Part shown: in pieces, positions 29,979 to 38,784 of the stretch
Position numbering within the stretch: the first letter of the stretch is position 1
How the letters are laid out: every line of letters starts with the position of its first letter
Assembly: GCA_963782055.1 (NCBI GenBank)
Contig: CAWAIF010000003.1
Span: 2,368,001-2,432,000, forward strand
Source: an uncultured delta proteobacterium
GTDB lineage: Bacteria > Myxococcota_A > Polyangia > Polyangiales > Polyangiaceae
Direction: 5' to 3'
Length of the DNA: 64,000 bases
Notes under the pieces: generated by a model
What the model was told of the DNA's origin: nothing
The model's input: only the letters and a program-made list of their open reading frames with translations
Databases searched by the model: none
Position numbers and translations under genes: made by a program

Positions 29979-31046
29979 ATGGGCTGGGTCAAATGGGCAG
30001 TGGGTAGCAGTCTCGTCGTGGCGTCCCTGGTCGCGTGCGGCTCGGCCGACGACACAGGAGGCATCGGCGCGAACGGCGACGGCGGCACCGGCGGCGACAC
30101 CTCGACGACCAACCCCTTCGGTGGGGATGCCGGCGGCGTCGACAGCGGCAACCTCAACGAGTGCGCCTCCTCCTCGGCGACGCCCACGCCCATCCCCGTC
30201 AACCTCATCTTCATGTTCGACAAGTCGGGCAGCATGGGCCAGTCGTCCAAGTGGACGTCGTGCGCGGCCGGCCTCAAGGGCTTCTTCGCCGACCCGAACT
30301 CGAAGGGCCTCAACGCGTCGCTGCAGTTCTTCGGGCTCAACCCCGAGTGCACCTCGGCCACCTACCAGAAGCCTGCCGTCGCGCTCTCGCCGCTGCCCGA
30401 CTCCAAGAACTTCGCCACCGCCATCACCGCGACGTCGCCCGGCGGCGGTACGCCGACGCTCCCCGCCATCCAGGGCGCCATCGCCTACGGGCAGCAGGTC
30501 GCCGTGCAGCATCCGGGAGAGAAGGTGGCCATCGTGCTGGTCACCGACGGCCAGCCCAACGATTGCAGCAGCTCGGTCAAGAACGTCTCCGCCGCCGCCA
30601 AGGCGGTGGCCGCCACCATCCCGACCTATGTCATCGGCGTGGGCAGCGCCGTCAGCAACCTCGACACCATCGCCGCGGCCGGCGGGACGACCAAGGCCAT
30701 CATCGTCCCGACGAACAACCCGCAGCAGATCGTCACCGACTTCGAGAAGGCCCTCGACGCCATCCGCGGGGACACGCTCGCCTGCGAGTACAAGATCCCG
30801 CCGCCCCCCAACGGCGACACCCTCGACTTCGGCAAGGTCAACGTGGTCTTCACCCCGACCAACAAGTCGCCGGTGACGCTCCCCTACAGCCAGGACTGCA
30901 GCGATCCCAACGGCTGGAAGTACGACGACCCCAAGGCGCCGACGAAGATCCTGCTCTGCTCCGGCCTCTGCAACACCGTCCAGTCGGACAAGAGCGGCAA
31001 GATCGAGCTGGTGTTCGGCTGCAAGACCAACGGGCAGGTCAACTAG
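29979..31046 (+). CDS. VWA-domain lipoprotein
   Basis: Lipobox LVAC; MIDAS DKSGS, GGTPT, VTDG; Cys-rich C-terminal domain. Confidence 0.88.
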   Translation: MGWVKWAVGSSLVVASLVACGSADDTGGIGANGDGGTGGDTSTTNPFGGDAGGVDSGNLNECASSSATPTPIPVNLIFMFDKSGSMGQSSKWTSCAAGLKGFFADPNSKGLNASLQFFGLNPECTSATYQKPAVALSPLPDSKNFATAITATSPGGGTPTLPAIQGAIAYGQQVAVQHPGEKVAIVLVTDGQPNDCSSSVKNVSAAAKAVAATIPTYVIGVGSAVSNLDTIAAAGGTTKAIIVPTNNPQQIVTDFEKALDAIRGDTLACEYKIPPPPNGDTLDFGKVNVVFTPTNKSPVTLPYSQDCSDPNGWKYDDPKAPTKILLCSGLCNTVQSDKSGKIELVFGCKTNGQVN

Positions 31047-31689
31047 CCGCGGCCGGGAGCGACAGCTCGAAGCTCGCCCCCTTCTGCGCCGGCGCCAGCG
31101 TCAGCGTCCCGCCGTGCGCGACGGCGATCCGCCGCGCGAGGGCGAGGCCCAGGCCGGTGCCTCCTTCCCGTCCGGTGACCAGCGGCTCGAAGAGGTGCTC
31201 GCGCAACGCCTCGGGCACCCCCGGACCGTCGTCGGAGATGCGGATCACGGTGGGTGTGCCCGCCACGACGCGGGTGGTCACCTCGGCCGCGCGCGGCGCC
31301 GCCACCTGGATGGCGTTCTCGTAGAGGACGCGGAGGACGCGCGCCAGCAGCACCGGGTTGCCGCGGACGCGGACGTCCCCCACCTCGTCCACCCAGCGCG
31401 CCTCGCCGGGGAGGTCCGCCCGCGCCTCGGCCACGAGGTCGGCCAGGGCCACCTCCTCCCCCCGCACCGCCTCCCCTCGCGCGAGCGCCATCAAGGCGTC
31501 CACCACCCCCTGCGCGGTGCGCGCGTGCCGCTCGATCTTCGCCACGTGGGGGTCGCGCTCCCGCGCGGCCCGCAGCACGTAGGCGCTCGCGGCGATGACG
31601 GCCAGGGCGTTCCGGAGCTCGTGCGCCGCCTCCGCAGCCACTTCCCCCACCGCCGCCAGGCGCTCCAGCCGCTCCCGATCCCCTTTCAC
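31039..31689 (-). CDS. Histidine kinase core lacking a sensor domain
   Basis: AHELRNAL, ENA, DDGPG, GTGLGLA; ~216 aa from GTG at 31689. Confidence 0.85.
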   Translation of the reverse strand: MKGDRERLERLAAVGEVAAEAAHELRNALAVIAASAYVLRAARERDPHVAKIERHARTAQGVVDALMALARGEAVRGEEVALADLVAEARADLPGEARWVDEVGDVRVRGNPVLLARVLRVLYENAIQVAAPRAAEVTTRVVAGTPTVIRISDDGPGVPEALREHLFEPLVTGREGGTGLGLALARRIAVAHGGTLTLAPAQKGASFELSLPAAAS

Positions 31690-31755
31690 AGGGGTTTCAT
31701 AGCACGGCGAGCCTCGTCGCTCTTTGTCCCATAGGCCGGGAAAACAGGCTACGGT

Positions 31756-34371
31756 ATGCTCCGTCCAGTGGCCTCGATGCGCCCTGTCCCCAACGAATCG
31801 AAAATTCCCGTCGGGACTCTGCTCGTCGGCAAGTACAAGGTGACGCGAGAGATCGGCCGCGGCGGCATGGCTGCCGTCTACGAGGCCGAGCAGATGGCGC
31901 TCGGCAAGAAGGTCGCCATCAAGATCCTGGCGAGCGAGCTGTCCAACTCGAACATCGTCATCGAGCGCTTCTTCCGGGAAGCCCGCGCCGCCGCCAGCGT
32001 CCGCAGCCCGTACATCGTGGACGTCTACGACTCCGGCCGCCTGGAGGATGGGCGCCCCTTCATCGCGATGGAGTACCTGGAGGGCGAGTCGCTCTACGAC
32101 CGGATGGCCCGCGTCCGGCTCATCGACCCGGCCACCACCGTGCGCATCATCCAGCACTGCGCCAAGGGCCTGATGAAGGCGCACGCCGCGGGGATCGTGC
32201 ACCGCGACCTCAAGCCGGAGAACATCTTCATCGTCAAGGGCGAGGACGGCGAGGAGATCGCCAAGCTGCTCGACTTCGGCCTCGCCAAGTTCTACGCGCC
32301 GGTCAAGTCGGACGAGAAGACGGCGCGGCTCACACGCGAGGGCGCGGTGTTCGGCACCCCCGCGTACATGTCGCCCGAGCAGGTCAAGGGGCAGGGGAAC
32401 GTCGACCACCGCGCGGACCTGTGGGCGCTCGGGTGCATGGCGTACGAGTGCCTCATCGGCCGGCCGGTGTGGAACACCGATCAGGGCGTGGCGATGACCT
32501 TCGCGGCGATCGCCACCCAGCCCATCCCGGTGCCCTCCAAGGTCCGGCCCGACCTGCCCGTCACCTTCGACCAGTGGTTCCAGAAGGCGCTCGAGCGCGA
32601 TCCCGACAACCGCTTCCAGACCGCAAAGGAGCTGGCCGACGCGCTCTCCCGCGCCTTGCTCGGCGCGGTACCGCAGATCTCGTACGTCAACGTGGCGGAC
32701 CTGGAGGAGATCGAGGCGCACCCCGTCGTGGAGACCCCACCCGTCTCGCCGGTGGTGCCCAAGTCGTCCGGGGAGCTCGTGGCCCCGCCGCCGCCGGACC
32801 TCGCCGACAAGGTCCCGCCCTCGCGCCCACCCGGCTCCAGCGCGCTGGACATGCCGCCGACGGCGAGCACTCCGTCGGTCAGGCCGCGTCCCTCCGCCGC
32901 GCGCTACGCGTTCTCCTTGTTGCTGCTCGTCGGAGGCGCCGCGGCGGCGTTCTTGGTCTGGGACAAGCAGCTGCGCCCGCAGGTGCTCACCCCGCTCGTC
33001 CGCTCGACGGCCACCGCGGCCACCGCCCCGCCCTCGGCGAGCGCCGCGCCCTCGGCCCCCGGCGATGACCGCCCCAAGTGGTACGCCGCCATCACCCAGG
33101 GGCAGAAGCTCTTCGTCGACGGCGACGCGCTCGGCGCGCAGAAGGCGTTCAAGCAGGCGCTGGACCAGGGCGCCGGCGCCATCGCCAAGACGTACATCGA
33201 GCAGACCAAGGCGGCGACGGCGGGCAAGGGCGCCTGCCGGATGGTGGCCTTCTCGCACCCGCGCCTCGTCGCCAACAGCAACGCCGGGCGTCCGGCGATC
33301 GTGCAGGGGCTCCACGGCCCCGTGGTCGTCTGGGTGGACGACCACGAGCACGCCGGCCACGATCACGCCTACTCCGTGCTCCTGGACGAGACGGGGAAGC
33401 CCCTCTCCACGCCGCGCGACGTCACGCCAGAGGCGGACGACGTCGACCGCCCGTCGCTGCTCGCCGTCGGGGACCGCATCGCGATGCTCTACTGGGACCG
33501 GGACGGCCGCGAGGCGGGGGTGCGCGCGCGCTGGCTCGACGCCGATGGTCGCATCGCCGGCGCCAGCACCGACGTGGGCGCCGACCGCGGCGGCCACTTC
33601 TGGCCGGCGTTCGAGAAGTCGCCGGAGGGCTTCGTCGTCGTGTGGCAGGACGACCGCGACAAGGAGGGCGACGACCTCTTCTTCCGCAAGCTCTCGGCCG
33701 AGCTCGACCCGATCGGCCCGGAGATCCGCCTCACCGACTACGCCGTCGCGATCCCCTCCAAGCCGGTCAACGTGCGCGTGCCCAGCGTGGCGGTCGCCAG
33801 CAACGCCGTGTTCATCGTCTACAAGCTGGAGCGCGACAACAAGCACCTCATCGAGCGGCTGCGCATCCCCCTCAAGGACCCCGCGCTGGCGAAGGGCCTG
33901 AGCGAGCCGAAGATCGTCCCCGGCAAGCTCCGCAAGGATCGCACGCTCGTCGAGCCCAAGCTCGTCAACGAGGACAAGCTCCCCGGTGACGCCCCCATCC
34001 TCGCGTGCGGGACCGAGGGCTGCTTCGTGGCCTGGCACGACGAGAAGGGCAACGCCGCCAACATCGCCCTCATCGAGCCCGCGCAGGGCAAGGTGCTGTG
34101 GCGCAAGAAGTGGGGCGGCTCCCACCCCGCGCTGGCCGTCGGCAATGAGGGTCAGGTGATGGTCGCCTACTACGAGCACGGCACCGTGCGCATCGCGTCG
34201 GTCACGCGCGACGGGCTCGGCAAGTCGAGCACCTTCGCCCACGTGGACGGCGCCCAGCCCCGGCCCTGGCTCGCGCCCGGCAAGACGAAGGGCGAGTGGC
34301 TGGTGGCGTGGCAGGACCTGGAAGGGATCCACAACGAGGTGGACGTCGGTCGCCTCGCGTGCCCGCAGTGA
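31756..34371 (+). CDS. Ser/Thr protein kinase with TM and large extracytoplasmic repeat domain
   Basis: IGRGGMA, HRDLKPEN, DFG, GTPAYMSPE; C-terminal repeats VVVWVDD, VVVWQDD, FVAWHDE, LVAWQD. Confidence 0.95.
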   Translation: MLRPVASMRPVPNESKIPVGTLLVGKYKVTREIGRGGMAAVYEAEQMALGKKVAIKILASELSNSNIVIERFFREARAAASVRSPYIVDVYDSGRLEDGRPFIAMEYLEGESLYDRMARVRLIDPATTVRIIQHCAKGLMKAHAAGIVHRDLKPENIFIVKGEDGEEIAKLLDFGLAKFYAPVKSDEKTARLTREGAVFGTPAYMSPEQVKGQGNVDHRADLWALGCMAYECLIGRPVWNTDQGVAMTFAAIATQPIPVPSKVRPDLPVTFDQWFQKALERDPDNRFQTAKELADALSRALLGAVPQISYVNVADLEEIEAHPVVETPPVSPVVPKSSGELVAPPPPDLADKVPPSRPPGSSALDMPPTASTPSVRPRPSAARYAFSLLLLVGGAAAAFLVWDKQLRPQVLTPLVRSTATAATAPPSASAAPSAPGDDRPKWYAAITQGQKLFVDGDALGAQKAFKQALDQGAGAIAKTYIEQTKAATAGKGACRMVAFSHPRLVANSNAGRPAIVQGLHGPVVVWVDDHEHAGHDHAYSVLLDETGKPLSTPRDVTPEADDVDRPSLLAVGDRIAMLYWDRDGREAGVRARWLDADGRIAGASTDVGADRGGHFWPAFEKSPEGFVVVWQDDRDKEGDDLFFRKLSAELDPIGPEIRLTDYAVAIPSKPVNVRVPSVAVASNAVFIVYKLERDNKHLIERLRIPLKDPALAKGLSEPKIVPGKLRKDRTLVEPKLVNEDKLPGDAPILACGTEGCFVAWHDEKGNAANIALIEPAQGKVLWRKKWGGSHPALAVGNEGQVMVAYYEHGTVRIASVTRDGLGKSSTFAHVDGAQPRPWLAPGKTKGEWLVAWQDLEGIHNEVDVGRLACPQ

Positions 34372-35096
34372 TGGAGGAGGACGCGGACGCCGCCGCCGCC
34401 CGGCGTGCGGCGCTCGTGGAGGCGCTGGTGGCCTCGGCGATCGTCACCGCGCTGGTGGGCGGCGAGGCGCTGCTCGTGCCGAAGCGGCACGTGGCGACGG
34501 TCGTCGGCTTCACCTTCCTGGCGGCGGTGTGGGCGCTGGTCTGGCGGCGCGACGACGATCGCGTGCGGCGCGCCGGCCTGGGCTTCGCCGGCCTGCTGCT
34601 CAAGGAGCGCATCGACGCGCGCCGCGTCGCGCGCGCCACCGGACGGGCGGTGCTGGGGGCGGTGGTGCTCGGGCTGGTGCTCTTCGTGCCCTACTACTTC
34701 GCCTGGCGCCTCTGGTGGCGGCCGCAGCACCCCTTCTACCTCTTCGTGCATCCCCTCGAGACGACCAACGAGATCCTCGGTCAGGTGCTGCTCATCGCCC
34801 TGCCGGAGGAGGCGTTCTACCGCGGGTACCTGCAGAGCCGCCTGGACGAGGCGCTGCCGCCGCGCACGCGCGTCCTCGGGGCGACGGTGGGGCCGGGGCT
34901 GCTCATCTCGTCGGTCATCTTCGCCGTCGGCCACCTCGTGACCATCCCGTCGCCGGCGCGTCTGGCGGTGTTCTTCCCGGCGCTCGTCTTCGGGTGGCTG
35001 CGCGCGCGCACCGGCGGCGTCGGCACCGGCGTCGCGTTCCATGCACTCTGCAACCTCTTCTCCGAGGCGCTCGGCCGTGGCTTCGCCGTCTACTGA
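34371..35096 (+). CDS. CPBP/Abi glutamic intramembrane protease, myxosortase-like
   Basis: ALPEEAFYRGYLQ, FAVGH, RLAVFFPALVFGWLR, FHALCN; TGATG coupling to the kinase. Confidence 0.85.
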   Translation: MEEDADAAAARRAALVEALVASAIVTALVGGEALLVPKRHVATVVGFTFLAAVWALVWRRDDDRVRRAGLGFAGLLLKERIDARRVARATGRAVLGAVVLGLVLFVPYYFAWRLWWRPQHPFYLFVHPLETTNEILGQVLLIALPEEAFYRGYLQSRLDEALPPRTRVLGATVGPGLLISSVIFAVGHLVTIPSPARLAVFFPALVFGWLRARTGGVGTGVAFHALCNLFSEALGRGFAVY

Positions 35097-35757
35097 GCCC
35101 CGCGCCCCGCGCGGCGCGCTCTTCGACATGGACCGCACGCTGGTGCGCAAGGAGACGGCCAGCCTCTACGTGCGCTACCAGCGCGACATCGGCGAGGCGG
35201 GGCTGCGCGACTCCCTGCGCGTCGCCTACTGGGTGCTGCAGTACACCTTCGGCGTGATCGACGCGGCGGACGTCGCCTCGCGCGCGCTGCGCAGCCTGCG
35301 GGGCAAGGCGGAGAGCGCGACGGCCGCCCGCTTCGAGGACTGGTTCGCCCGCTACGTCGAGCAGCACATCGCCGACGCGGGGCGCGCCGCGGTGGCGCGG
35401 CACCGCGAGCAGGGGGACGTGATCGCCATCGTCACCGGCGCCACGCCCTACGCGGCGAGGCCGCTGGCGCGGCGGCTGGGCATCGAGCACGTGGTGGCGA
35501 GCGAGCTGGAGGTGGACGAGGCGGGGCGCTTCACCGGGCGGCCGGTGCAGCCGCTGTGCTTCGGGGAGGGGAAGCTGGCGCGCGCGAGGGGGTTCGCCGG
35601 GCGGCTGGGGTTCGACCTGCGGGAGGCGGTGTTCTACAGCGACTCGTACACGGACCTGCCGCTGCTGGAGGCGGTGGCGGAGCCGGTGGTGGTGAACCCG
35701 GACCCGCGGCTGGCGCGGCACGCGGCACGGAGGGGGTGGCGCGTGGAGAGGTGGTGA
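35077..35757 (+). CDS. HAD-IB family hydrolase
   Basis: LFDMDRTL, VTGA, FYSDSYTDLPLL, VVNPD; start uncertain. Confidence 0.9.
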   Translation: MASPSTEPRAPRGALFDMDRTLVRKETASLYVRYQRDIGEAGLRDSLRVAYWVLQYTFGVIDAADVASRALRSLRGKAESATAARFEDWFARYVEQHIADAGRAAVARHREQGDVIAIVTGATPYAARPLARRLGIEHVVASELEVDEAGRFTGRPVQPLCFGEGKLARARGFAGRLGFDLREAVFYSDSYTDLPLLEAVAEPVVVNPDPRLARHAARRGWRVERW

Positions 35758-35808
35758 GGCCCTGCCCCGCGCTCGCCCTCTCGCCCGGCTTCGGCTAAAG
35801 ATGCCCCC

Positions 35809-36645
35809 ATGCTCCTTCCCGTCATCGTCGACCCGATCATCGACCGGGCCCTCGAGGAGGACCTCTCCTCCGGCGACGTCACCACCTCCGCCTGCGTCTC
35901 GGAGAGCGCGCAGTCGGTCGCCCACGCCGTCGCGCGCGGCCCGCTCGTCGTCTGCGGCGGCGCCGTCTTCGCCCGCGTCTTCGAGAGGATCGACCCGCGC
36001 GTCAAGGTGGAGCTCCGGTGCGAGGAGGGCGCCCTCGTCGAGTGGGGCACGCAGGTGTGGACCGTCCGCGGCCCCGCGCGCGCCATCCTGATGGGCGAGC
36101 GCACCGCGCTCAACCTGGTGCAGCGCATGTGCGGCATCGCCACGATGGCGCGCACCTACGAGCAGGCGCTCCCGCGCGGCAGCCAGACGCGCATCACCGA
36201 CACCCGCAAGACCACGCCCGGCCTGCGCGCGCTGGAGCGCTACGCCGTGCGCACCGGCGGCGCGTACAACCACCGCGACAACCTGGGGAGCGCGGTGCTC
36301 ATCAAGGACAACCACGTGGCCGCGTGCGGCGGCGTCGGCGTCGCCATCGAGCGCGCGCGGGCCCTCGCGCCGCACACCAGCCGCGTCGAGTGCGAGGTGG
36401 AGAACCTCCAGCAGCTCGACGAGGCGATCGCCGCAGGCGCCGACATCGTGCTGCTCGACAACATGTCCACCGAGGACGTGCGCGAGGCGGTCTCCCGCGC
36501 GAAGGGGAAGGTGTTCCTGGAGGCGTCGGGCGGCGTGACCCTCCCGCGCATCCCCGAGCTTGCGGCGGCGGGGGTCGATGCCATCTCGGTGGGGGCGCTC
36601 ACGCACTCCGCGCCCGCCGCCGACATCGGGCTGGACTTCGAGTGA
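35809..36645 (+). CDS. nadC: Nicotinate-nucleotide pyrophosphorylase
   Basis: ERTALN, DTRKTTPG, LIKDNH, LLDNM, EASGG, ISVGALTHS. Confidence 0.97.
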   Translation: MLLPVIVDPIIDRALEEDLSSGDVTTSACVSESAQSVAHAVARGPLVVCGGAVFARVFERIDPRVKVELRCEEGALVEWGTQVWTVRGPARAILMGERTALNLVQRMCGIATMARTYEQALPRGSQTRITDTRKTTPGLRALERYAVRTGGAYNHRDNLGSAVLIKDNHVAACGGVGVAIERARALAPHTSRVECEVENLQQLDEAIAAGADIVLLDNMSTEDVREAVSRAKGKVFLEASGGVTLPRIPELAAAGVDAISVGALTHSAPAADIGLDFE

Positions 36646-37451
36646 TCCGCGGCGCCCCCGCGCGCGGCGTGGGTCACGACCTGGTGCGCGCGCCGGAGGC
36701 GATCGCCGAGCGGGGCATCACCCTCGGCAAGCCGCTGGAGCTGCTCGACGAGACCTCCTCCACCAACGACGTGGCCCGGCGCGCCGCGAAGAACGGCGCG
36801 CCCGGCGGCGCGACGTGGGTGGCGGAGGTGCAGACTGCGGGGAAGGGGAGGCAGGGCCGCGCGTGGATCTCGCCCCGCGGGGAGAACCTGCTCTTCTCGG
36901 TGCTGGTGCGCCTGCGCTGCGAGCCCTCCCGCCTGCCGCCGCTCGCGCTGGTCGCAGGGGTGGCGGTGCGTGACGCGGTGGCCCGCGCGGCGCCGGCGGC
37001 CGACGTGCGCCTCAAGTGGCCGAACGACGTGCTCATCGAGGGCCGCAAGGTCGCGGGCGTGCTCCTCGAGGCGACGCTCGCCGGCAAGCGCGTCGACGGC
37101 CTGGTCGTGGGCATCGGCATCAACGTGCACACGCGCGTCTTCGACCCGGCGATCGCCAGCCTGGCCACGTCGGTGGCGCTCCACGCCGGCGCCCCGCCCG
37201 ATCGCGCGGAGATCCTCGCCGACGTGCTCCAGGGGCTGGACCGCGATCTGGAGCTCTGCGCGCACCGCGGGCTGGGCCTGGTGCACGCGCGCCTGCAGGC
37301 GGCGGACGCCCTGAAGGACCACGCGATCCGCACCGACGACGGCCGCCACGGCGTCGCCGACGGCATCGACGTCGACGGCCGCCTCCGGCTGCGCCAGCAG
37401 GACGGGACCCTCGTGCGCCTCGCCGTCGGCGAGGTGCACCTGGAGACCTGA
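36642..37451 (+). CDS. birA: Biotin--protein ligase (no HTH)
   Basis: SSTND, QTAGKGRQGRAW, KWPND, KVAGVL, GIGIN. Confidence 0.93.
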   Translation: MIRGAPARGVGHDLVRAPEAIAERGITLGKPLELLDETSSTNDVARRAAKNGAPGGATWVAEVQTAGKGRQGRAWISPRGENLLFSVLVRLRCEPSRLPPLALVAGVAVRDAVARAAPAADVRLKWPNDVLIEGRKVAGVLLEATLAGKRVDGLVVGIGINVHTRVFDPAIASLATSVALHAGAPPDRAEILADVLQGLDRDLELCAHRGLGLVHARLQAADALKDHAIRTDDGRHGVADGIDVDGRLRLRQQDGTLVRLAVGEVHLET

Positions 37452-38732
37452 TCACTTCACGACGGTGGCGCAGCCGACCTGGATGTTCACCTTGGCGTCG
37501 GGCGCGTTCTTCACGTCGTCGCACGCCTTGCCGATCAGCTCCACCTTGCCATCGCTGGTGTAGTCCCAGCAGCCGTCGTTCGCGCAGTCGTTGCTCGAGT
37601 CCTTGCGGCGGTAGAGCGAGTTGTCGTTGCCGCCGCCGACGGTGTAGTCGACGTTCACCTGGCCGGGGTCGACGATCCCGCCGTCCGGCTTGGGCAGGTC
37701 GAAGATGCAGCCGAGCACCTTGCCGCGCACCTGCTGGATCGCCGTCGCGACGGCCTGGGCCGAGTAGTTCTGCGTCATGTCGAAGTGACAGGAGACGCTG
37801 GGGTCGGGGTCCGTCTGCTGGAAGGGATTGGTCGCCGTGCACCCGACGGGCACGTTGCCGGGCGAGCCCGCCTTGGCGATGTCGCTGAGCGCCGCGCGCA
37901 TGTGGTACGGCGGGAAGTTGACGCCGCTCGCGTCGTACGAGTCGGACCCCGGCACGCCCACGATGAACGTGTCGACCGGCGAGGTCGCGTCCTTGTTGGC
38001 CGTGCTGACGAGCGTCATGATGTTGTTCGGGTTCTCCCAGTCGGTGCACCCGTTGCCGTCGGTGTAGCCCTGCCGGTTGGAGAGGGACGTGCAGCTGATG
38101 GCGCCGTCGGTCACGACGAAGAGGATGCGCTTGGCGCCGGGCGGCGCGGACCACCCCTGCAGCGCCCCGATGCCGATCTGCACCGCCGAGTAGAGCGGGT
38201 TGCCCTCGCCTGCGCTCTGGTCGGGCGCGTTCATGGTCAGCCAGTTCTTGATGCCGTGCCGCACGCCGGTCGGGTCGCTCGAGTGCTTCTGCCCCGGGAT
38301 GGCGAAGTCCACCTGGGGGAAGGCGGGCACCGAGCACGCCACCGGGAGGTTGAAGACGCACGCCGGCCCCGTCACCGTCGCGTTGGGCGCGGCCATCAGC
38401 CCGATGGCGACGTCGTCGAAGGCGGGCTGGTCGAGCGCCTGGACGAGCGCCTGCGCGGCGAAGGCCCACTTGTTGTTCTGCGACATGCTCCCGCTGCGCT
38501 GCAGCAAGACCAGGAGCGCCGTGGGCGCCTGCGTCGCCTGGTACTGCGTCTGCCCGCACGGCCCGCTGTCTCCGCCGCCGCCCTCGTTGCCGACAAACGG
38601 GCTGTCGGGGCCCGCGTCGGGCCCGAACTGGTTGGGGTTGTCGTTGGTGGCGCAAGCGCCGAGCAGGACCGCGGCCAGCGCGGGAAAGCAAAGGATGCGG
38701 ACGTGGATCAATGGCGTGACCTCCCGCGACAA
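37452..38732 (-). CDS. VWA-domain lipoprotein with variant MIDAS
   Basis: Lipobox LGAC; LLQRSGSM, VTDG; Cys-rich tail paralogous to 29979..31046. Start may be ~10 codons downstream. Confidence 0.85.
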   Translation of the reverse strand: MSREVTPLIHVRILCFPALAAVLLGACATNDNPNQFGPDAGPDSPFVGNEGGGGDSGPCGQTQYQATQAPTALLVLLQRSGSMSQNNKWAFAAQALVQALDQPAFDDVAIGLMAAPNATVTGPACVFNLPVACSVPAFPQVDFAIPGQKHSSDPTGVRHGIKNWLTMNAPDQSAGEGNPLYSAVQIGIGALQGWSAPPGAKRILFVVTDGAISCTSLSNRQGYTDGNGCTDWENPNNIMTLVSTANKDATSPVDTFIVGVPGSDSYDASGVNFPPYHMRAALSDIAKAGSPGNVPVGCTATNPFQQTDPDPSVSCHFDMTQNYSAQAVATAIQQVRGKVLGCIFDLPKPDGGIVDPGQVNVDYTVGGGNDNSLYRRKDSSNDCANDGCWDYTSDGKVELIGKACDDVKNAPDAKVNIQVGCATVVK

Positions 38733-38784
38733 TCCTACCCGATCGTATCCCCCGGCTCACGCCCGGGGTAAGCTGGACGGATCC

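Noticed and set aside
31690..34332. Very long antisense or alternate-frame ORFs (e.g. 31039..34332 upstream part, 37120..40710, 40943..44848, 4564..7263)
   Set aside because: Shadow ORFs typical of high-GC DNA; they overlap well-supported genes and have no recognisable motifs.
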